From an uncultured Actinomycetes bacterium (GTDB lineage: Bacteria; Actinomycetota; UBA4738; HRBIN12): a stretch of 35,575 nt of DNA. The notes under the pieces are model-generated. The model did not search any database. It saw only the letters and a program-made list of their open reading frames with translations, and was not told where the DNA came from. The stretch's first letter is position 1; the number at the start of each line of letters is the position of its first letter. The stretch spans positions 1 to 35,575 of the forward strand of contig CAVPIB010000011.1 in the NCBI GenBank assembly GCA_963704885.1, given 5' to 3'. A program made the translations under genes and the position numbers. Shown here piece after piece: positions 29,824-35,575 of the stretch.

Positions 29824-30870
29824 TCACCACGCGGACAGCCGGTCGACGGCTGCCTCGATATCGGCCACCTGGGGAAGGAAGGCGTCCTCCAGCGGGGGAG
29901 AGAACGGCACCGGAACGCTAGGAGGCGCCAAACGCATCACCGGCGCGTCCAGATGCTCGAACGCGCGCTCCGCGATCACGGCCGCGACCTCGGCGCCGAC
30001 ACCGAGGAACCGGTACGACTCGTGAAGCACCAGCGCTCGCGTGGTCTTCTCTATGGATCGGAGAACGGTCTCCTCATCCAGCGGCACGATCGACCGGAGA
30101 TCGACCACCTCGACGTCGACGCCCCGGCCGGCCAGGTTCTCCGCCGCCTCCAACGCCCGATGAACCATGGCCCCGTAGGACACGATCGTCACGTCGGACC
30201 CTCGTCGTTTGACATCGGCGCTGCCCAGGGGCACCAGGAAGTCCGGATCCTCCGGGACCTGCTCTTTGATCCGTCGGTAGATCCACTTGTGCTCCAGGTA
30301 GACCACGGGATTGTCGTCGCGGATAGCAGACTTCAGCAGACCCTTGGCATCCGAAGGGAACGCGGGGCACACCACTTTCAGTCCGGGCTGATGCGCGAAC
30401 CACGGCTCGGGGTTGGTGGAGTGGAAGTTCGAAGCCCGAACGCCTCCGCCCGATGGGGCCCGCAGCACCACCGGGAGCGGTACGCCGCTGCGGTAGTGAT
30501 AGCGGGCGAGCGTGGTGGTGATCTCGTCGAACCCCGAGGTCATGAAATCGGCGTACTGGAACTCCGCGATGGGCCGCAGTCCCTCCATCGCCGACCCGAT
30601 CGCAGCGCCCACGATGGTCTCCTCGGCGATCGGCGTGTCCATGACCCGATCCGCTCCGAAGTGCTCGATGAAGCCCTCCGTGACCTTGAACGCACCTCCG
30701 TACGCGCCTATGTCTTCACCCAGGAGGTAGACGCGATCGTCTCGCTCCATCTCCTCCCAGAGCGCCTCGGCGATCGCGACGAGATAGGTCGCCTGGCCGT
30801 CTTCGCTCCGCTTGCCGCGCGGCTCCGCGCCGTGTCCTGCCGCACCGGCCTCCATCTGCTGGGTCGGCAT
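29824..30870 (-). CDS. 2-oxoacid dehydrogenase E1 beta (second copy)
   Basis: GEDIGAYGGAFKVT, DTPIAE, EFQYADF, VVDLRS..PLD; start ATG 30870 overlaps the alpha stop. Confidence 0.95.
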   Translation of the reverse strand: MPTQQMEAGAAGHGAEPRGKRSEDGQATYLVAIAEALWEEMERDDRVYLLGEDIGAYGGAFKVTEGFIEHFGADRVMDTPIAEETIVGAAIGSAMEGLRPIAEFQYADFMTSGFDEITTTLARYHYRSGVPLPVVLRAPSGGGVRASNFHSTNPEPWFAHQPGLKVVCPAFPSDAKGLLKSAIRDDNPVVYLEHKWIYRRIKEQVPEDPDFLVPLGSADVKRRGSDVTIVSYGAMVHRALEAAENLAGRGVDVEVVDLRSIVPLDEETVLRSIEKTTRALVLHESYRFLGVGAEVAAVIAERAFEHLDAPVMRLAPPSVPVPFSPPLEDAFLPQVADIEAAVDRLSAW

Positions 30871-31928
30871 CAGTCGGCTCCCGTCCCGCCGCCGCGGCCG
30901 GCGTCGCTGCTCCAGTAGCCGTCCTCGACCCACAGACCCTTGGTCACGTCGCCGGGCTCGGGGAACGGCGAGGCCTGCGCGAATGCGTAGCCCTCGTCGA
31001 ACTCTCGCTCGACCAGCTCCTGGACGTCGCCGATGTCTTCCTTCGTGACCACGCCCTCGGCGAGCAGGTACTCCTCGAAGTTCTTCACGGGGTCCTTCTC
31101 GGCCATGTACCGCTCGAGCAGCTCGTTCGGCATGTACTTCGCCGGGTCGTGCCCGGCGTGTCCTCGCCACCTGAGCGACACGGATTCGATGAGCGTGGGT
31201 CCGCCGCCGTCCCTAGCCCTCTCGACCGCCTCGAGGGCGGCCCCATAGACCTCCAGGACGTCACCGCCGTCGACGCGGACGCCGGGCATGCCGTAGGCCA
31301 CCGCGCGCTCGGCGATCGTCGCCACGTTGAACTCCAAGGTGTTGGGCGTGGAGTACGCGAACTGGTTGTTGTTGACGATCCACACCACCGGGAGCTGCTG
31401 GATCGACGACCAGTTCAACGCTTCGTGCCACCGACCGTTGGAGGTTGAGCCGTCGCCGCAGATAGCCATGGCAACCCGACGGTCACCCGCCCGCTTGTAC
31501 GCCAGCGCGGCGCCACACGCCACGGGGTAGGCGATCGGGAGGTGCGAGATCACCGTGAACGTTCGGTTGCCGGCCCAATCACCGATGTGGCTGTTGCCAT
31601 CTCGCCCCCGCGTGTACCCGTCGATCCGTCCCCAGTACTGCGCCATCACGCGTTTGAGATCCAGCCCCTTAGCGATCTGTGCCGAGAGATCGCGGTGGGT
31701 GGGGAACAGCGAATCGTCGTCCTCAAGGGCGAACGCGACACCCACGTGCGTTCCCTCCTGGCCACGACCGGAGTAGATAGCCCCGGGGAGCCGCCCCTGC
31801 CGGTACAGGGCCTCCATCCGCTCATCGAAGTATCGACACAGCTTGAGCGTGTGGAGCATCGCCTTCAGGCGATCGTCTGACAGGGGACGATCGCCGTGCT
31901 CGACGGGCGTCTGGATGTCCGTGGCCAC
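30870..31928 (-). CDS. TPP-dependent dehydrogenase E1 alpha (PdhA/AcoA-like, second copy)
   Basis: SGRGQEG, PTHRD, GDGSTSNG..HEALN...NNNQFA, R..GH..HD. Confidence 0.95.
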   Translation of the reverse strand: MATDIQTPVEHGDRPLSDDRLKAMLHTLKLCRYFDERMEALYRQGRLPGAIYSGRGQEGTHVGVAFALEDDDSLFPTHRDLSAQIAKGLDLKRVMAQYWGRIDGYTRGRDGNSHIGDWAGNRTFTVISHLPIAYPVACGAALAYKRAGDRRVAMAICGDGSTSNGRWHEALNWSSIQQLPVVWIVNNNQFAYSTPNTLEFNVATIAERAVAYGMPGVRVDGGDVLEVYGAALEAVERARDGGGPTLIESVSLRWRGHAGHDPAKYMPNELLERYMAEKDPVKNFEEYLLAEGVVTKEDIGDVQELVEREFDEGYAFAQASPFPEPGDVTKGLWVEDGYWSSDAGRGGGTGAD

Positions 31929-31937
31929 GATCCTCCT

Positions 31938-33317
31938 CTACGCGGAGTGAAGCGGCTTGCCGGCGAGCGCCAGGTGCGCCTCGCCGATCGCTTCGGAAAG
32001 CGTTGGGTGCGGATGGATCAGGGCGGCGACCTCCGAGGGCACGGCCTCCCAGTTCGTTATGAGCATGGCCTCGGAGATCAGGTCTGTGACGTGTGGACCG
32101 ATCATGTGGATCCCGAGAACGGGCCCATCGGCTGCCTCGGCGATCACCTTCACGAAGCCGCCCTCACCGACGATGTTGGCCTTCCCGATAGACCGGAAGT
32201 CAAGCTTCTCGGTCGTGACCTCGGCTCCGCGTTCGGCGGCCTGAGTTTCGGTGAGACCCACCGAGGCGATCTCGGGGGTGCAGTACGTGACCCTGGGGAT
32301 GTTCAGGTAGTCGATGGGCGGCACGTCCAGGCCGGCGATCCGCTCGGCGACCGCGTACCCCTCGGTGAAGGCCACGTGGGCCAGTTGCAGGGGTGTGGCC
32401 GCGACGTCGCCCAGTGCCCACACGTGGTCGGAACTGGTCATGAGACGGTCGTCTACGTTCACGAACCCCTTCTCGTGCAACGTGACCCCCACCTCCTCCA
32501 GACCCAGCTCGTCGGTCACGGGGCCGCGGCCAACCGCGATCAGACAGACATCCGCGGTGACGGTCTTCGCCCCGCCCGCGTCATACGTGACCTCGACATG
32601 ATCGCCGGTGTCCTTGACCTCCTGGACCGAGGCCCCGGCCTGTGTGGAGATCGCCCGCTTGCGGAACGCCTTCGCGATCTCCTTAGAGACATCCTCGTCT
32701 TCCAGCGGAGCCAGGCGGGGAAGCGCCTCGATCAGGGTCACCTCCGCGCCGAACGAGCGGTAGACCGAGGCGAACTCGAGCCCCACGGCGCCGGCACCGA
32801 TCACGATCGCCGACGCAGGGATGGTGTCGTACCAGAGCGCCTGGTCGCTCGTGATGATCCGGTCTGTCAGGTCCACGCCCGGCAAGACCTTGGGGCTGGA
32901 GCCCGTCGCCAGGATCACGTCGGCGGCGTCGATCCTCCTCCCGTCGACCTCGACCGCGGGTCCTGCCAGCAAGCGAGCCGTGCCTGTGATCACGTCGATC
33001 CCTCGGTGCCGGATCAGGCCTGTGAGACCGGTCACCAGCTTGTCGACGGTGGCGTCTTCGAAGGCCTTCACGGCCGACCAATCGGGTTCGCCCGAGGCCT
33101 TGATGCCCCAATCTGCCGCGCGGTTCACCGTGTCCATAACCGACGCCGACTGCAGGAGAGCCTTCGTAGGGATGCAACCCCGCAGGAGGCAGGTGCCGCC
33201 CAGCCGATCGTCGCGCTCGACGATGGCCACGCGTTTACCGAGCTGCGCCGCTCGGAGCGCGGCGGAGTACCCGCCCGTCCCGGCGCCGATCACCACTACG
33301 TCGTAGCCGTCAGCCAT
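31938..33317 (-). CDS. lpdA: Dihydrolipoyl dehydrogenase E3
   Basis: VIGAGTGGY, GGTCLLRGCIPTK, IGAGAVGLE, HPHPTLSE; start ATG 33317. Confidence 0.97.
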   Translation of the reverse strand: MADGYDVVVIGAGTGGYSAALRAAQLGKRVAIVERDDRLGGTCLLRGCIPTKALLQSASVMDTVNRAADWGIKASGEPDWSAVKAFEDATVDKLVTGLTGLIRHRGIDVITGTARLLAGPAVEVDGRRIDAADVILATGSSPKVLPGVDLTDRIITSDQALWYDTIPASAIVIGAGAVGLEFASVYRSFGAEVTLIEALPRLAPLEDEDVSKEIAKAFRKRAISTQAGASVQEVKDTGDHVEVTYDAGGAKTVTADVCLIAVGRGPVTDELGLEEVGVTLHEKGFVNVDDRLMTSSDHVWALGDVAATPLQLAHVAFTEGYAVAERIAGLDVPPIDYLNIPRVTYCTPEIASVGLTETQAAERGAEVTTEKLDFRSIGKANIVGEGGFVKVIAEAADGPVLGIHMIGPHVTDLISEAMLITNWEAVPSEVAALIHPHPTLSEAIGEAHLALAGKPLHSA

Positions 33318-33406
33318 CCGAGGGGCAAGTCTACCGTCCTCATCACGAGCGACCGTCTCCGCTACGAGGTCCCTCGATGCCTCGCGCGCGCCGTACCATC
33401 CCACCC

Positions 33407-34525
33407 GTGGATGTTGGCGATGCACCCGAGGACCTGAAACACACACCGCTCGAGGACGAGCATCGACGTCTGGGGGCGAAGCTCGCTCCGTTCGCCGGCT
33501 GGTTGATGCCGATCGAGTACGAGGGCGCGCTGGCCGAGCACAAGGCCGTCCGTGAGCGGGTCGGCCTATTCGATCTGACCCATCTGGGGAAGGTGGACGT
33601 CACCGGCCCGGGGGCCCTCGGCATGCTGCAGGGCGTTGTCTCGAACGATCTGTCGAAGGCTGCGGTGGGTGAGGCGCTCTACAACCTGGTCCTGAACGAT
33701 GGGGGAGGGGTGATCGAGGACCTGATCGTTTACCGCATTGAGGAAGAGCGATTCTTCGTGGTCCCGAACGCCTCGAACGCGCCCCGCGTCTTGCGCATGC
33801 TGGAGGAGGAGCAGGCGCACGATCGGTTGCACCTGATGTATCACCAGGACTGGTGTTTCCTGGCGGTCCAGGGTCCGGAGGCCGTGCACGTGATGGCCCG
33901 GCTCTTCCCGGATGCCGGCGATCTGGCCTTCATGCAGTGTGCGGGATCTGAGTACCACCGGCGACCGGTCATCTTGACCAGATCGGGGTATACGGGTGAG
34001 ATCGGTTTCGAGCTCTTCACGTACCAGGACATAGCGCTAGAACTCTGGCAGGAGCTCACAGAGGCGATGCAGCCCTTCGGGGGAGCTCCCTGCGGGCTCG
34101 CCGCTCGAGATGTCCTCAGGCTCGAGATGGGGTACCCCCTCTACGGGCAGGACCTGTTCGAAGCATCGACCGCCCTGGAGGCCGGACTTGGGTGGGCGGT
34201 GGCGCTCGACAAGGGGGAATTCCGGGGTCGGGAGGCGCTGGTCCGCCAGAAGGCGGAGGGGTTGCCGAGCCGCCTCCTGGGGTTGCTCATGGAGGATCGT
34301 CGGCACATCCCCCGCGCGCACTACCCCGTGCTCGCGGGCGATCTATTGATCGGCGAGGTCACGAGTGGGACGTTCTCCCCTCTGCTCCAGAAGGGGATAG
34401 CGCTCGCGTACCTGTGGCCTGGCGACATCGTGGATCTCGGCGCGAAGGTCGAGGTGGACATCCGTGGACGCCGGGGCATCGCGACGGTCGTCCGCCCGCC
34501 GTTCGTCGACCGGAGCCCTAAGTAG
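33407..34525 (+). CDS. gcvT: Glycine cleavage system aminomethyltransferase T
   Basis: LKHTPL..EH..LGA...FAGW.MP..Y, GLFDLTHLG, RSGYTGE.GFE, GL.ARD.LRLE.G, VTSGTFSP; GTG 33407 lies 7 nt after TACCAT. Confidence 0.96.
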   Translation: MDVGDAPEDLKHTPLEDEHRRLGAKLAPFAGWLMPIEYEGALAEHKAVRERVGLFDLTHLGKVDVTGPGALGMLQGVVSNDLSKAAVGEALYNLVLNDGGGVIEDLIVYRIEEERFFVVPNASNAPRVLRMLEEEQAHDRLHLMYHQDWCFLAVQGPEAVHVMARLFPDAGDLAFMQCAGSEYHRRPVILTRSGYTGEIGFELFTYQDIALELWQELTEAMQPFGGAPCGLAARDVLRLEMGYPLYGQDLFEASTALEAGLGWAVALDKGEFRGREALVRQKAEGLPSRLLGLLMEDRRHIPRAHYPVLAGDLLIGEVTSGTFSPLLQKGIALAYLWPGDIVDLGAKVEVDIRGRRGIATVVRPPFVDRSPK

Positions 34526-34529
34526 ATCC

Positions 34530-35261
34530 TCAGACCGTGGTCGCGGAGGTCGCGGGGGCGACCGAGATCCGCCCGCGAGCCAGGCGGACGAAATCCCTGA
34601 TCGCGGCATCGCCGAAACGCGTTCGGGCGATCAACCGTTGGAGCACCTGTCCCGCTCTTTGACCGTCATGCAGGACCGCCACCACCACGTAGAGCCCCGA
34701 CTTGGGGATCCCCAACTGTCTCACCGGACCGAACCCGGGTGCTGCTACGAAGTACGCCCATCGGGTTCGCTGTCCCCGCGCATGACACGTGCCCTCGCCG
34801 CGCGCCATGTAGTCGCCGGGTGAGTCCTGGGACCCGGTGGCGAAGGCCGGTTCGTTGTCAAGGAAGACCTCCTGCGACTCGGCCCGACAGTCGGGGGAGT
34901 GGATCAGTCGAGAGAAGAGTGGTCCGGTGGCCGCCAGGTAGTAGAAGTCTGAGGGAACACCGACCGCCGTCGCGTCGACCCACGTAGCCGCGATCCCTTC
35001 AGTCGCACCGTCCATACGCGACCAGGCCTGGGGCTTGGGGGAAGCGAAGAACCCCTGGCGGCCCCCGCTCGAGGCATCGATGGGGTTCCAGCCGTCCGGG
35101 ACGAGAGCCCGGATAGATCCGGCGGTCACCTGCGAATAGGGAGAAGGCGACTCCTGGATGCGGATGGCTTCGATGGCGCCGGGTGGATCAGCGTCGGAAA
35201 CAGACGGGGTGCAGCCCGCACCCGTCACGACCACCACTATCCCCAGGATGGCTCTCCGCAA
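34530..35261 (-). CDS. Hypothetical lipoprotein
   Basis: MRRAILGIVVVVTGAGC lipobox-like signal; globular remainder, family not recognised. Confidence 0.7.
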   Translation of the reverse strand: MRRAILGIVVVVTGAGCTPSVSDADPPGAIEAIRIQESPSPYSQVTAGSIRALVPDGWNPIDASSGGRQGFFASPKPQAWSRMDGATEGIAATWVDATAVGVPSDFYYLAATGPLFSRLIHSPDCRAESQEVFLDNEPAFATGSQDSPGDYMARGEGTCHARGQRTRWAYFVAAPGFGPVRQLGIPKSGLYVVVAVLHDGQRAGQVLQRLIARTRFGDAAIRDFVRLARGRISVAPATSATTV

Positions 35262-35333
35262 CCGCCGATCCCCCGCGCGGAGGATAGTCGCGGACCCCGA
35301 AGATTGCCAGTCGGGTTGGCGGGCCTCCCTGGG

Positions 35334-35575
35334 TCAGGCGGCGCCTGGAGGTGCGGCGAACCGCGCGCCGGCGCGCGAAGGGAGACAGAACGACACGCGC
35401 GTGCCTCCTGCCGGCACGGGGTCGGTCCACAAGATCCCGCCGTGCCGTACGACCAACTGCCGCGAGAGGTGCAGCCCGACGCCGGCGCCTGCCTTCTCCT
35501 TGCGCAGGGTGGCCTCGCCGGTCGAGAACGGCTGCTCGAACGACCGCCAGGCGATCTCGCGGTCCATCCCCACCC
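35334..35575 (-). CDS. C-terminal HATPase domain of a sensor histidine kinase (partial, runs off the window)
   Basis: FEQPF, GAGVGL.LSR.LV..HGG.LW....GGT.V.F.LP. Confidence 0.9.
   Translation of the reverse strand, partial: VGMDREIAWRSFEQPFSTGEATLRKEKAGAGVGLHLSRQLVVRHGGILWTDPVPAGGTRVSFCLPSRAGARFAAPPGAA

Noticed and set aside
28930-33437. Long antisense ORFs (662 aa and 513 aa on +)
   Set aside because: Expected stop-poor shadows of high-GC3 genes on the minus strand
35300-35335. Third sigma28-like promoter before the lipoprotein
   Set aside because: Match too weak (CCCA...CCCGACTG) in GC-rich DNA
1-35575. Mobile element, prophage or defence system
   Set aside because: No integrase, transposase, tRNA, terminal repeats, or toxin/defence motifs recognised

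Overview
High-GC, Actinomycetota-like chromosomal segment (Rv2229c-like zinc-ribbon/rnhA/rnpB block, many apparent leaderless TANNNT-N6/7-start promoters). It is mostly housekeeping. Left third: small stress and envelope genes (cNMP-binding protein, Rieske ferredoxin, SixA, CspA, hemolysin III, GNAT, truncated globin, orphan Opp/Dpp permease, SURF1, SDR, orphan Flp pilin). Then zinc-ribbon-rnhA-rnpB. Then a ~23 kb lipoyl-enzyme cluster (lipA, two E1alpha/beta pairs, lipB, one E2, E3, gcvT) interrupted by a five-PAS/GAF histidine kinase, a CsoR copper module (YHS-csoR-copA-cnoX-methyltransferase, two operators) and a ~1700-aa secreted PKD/beta-propeller gene broken by many frameshifts. Scattered single-base indels suggest long-read assembly errors, so several fusions and splits in the ORF track are probably artefacts. 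No CRISPR array, mobile element or defence system is supported, and no clear-cut new system was found. Best leads: two sigma28/WhiG-type promoters (flp, PAS kinase); a 13-bp inverted repeat flanking flp; the copper/chaperedoxin operon nested among lipoyl enzymes; rnhA lacking a canonical start codon; an extra helix in RNase P RNA; a structured leader on the giant surface-protein gene; a duplicated Arg/Trp peptide.
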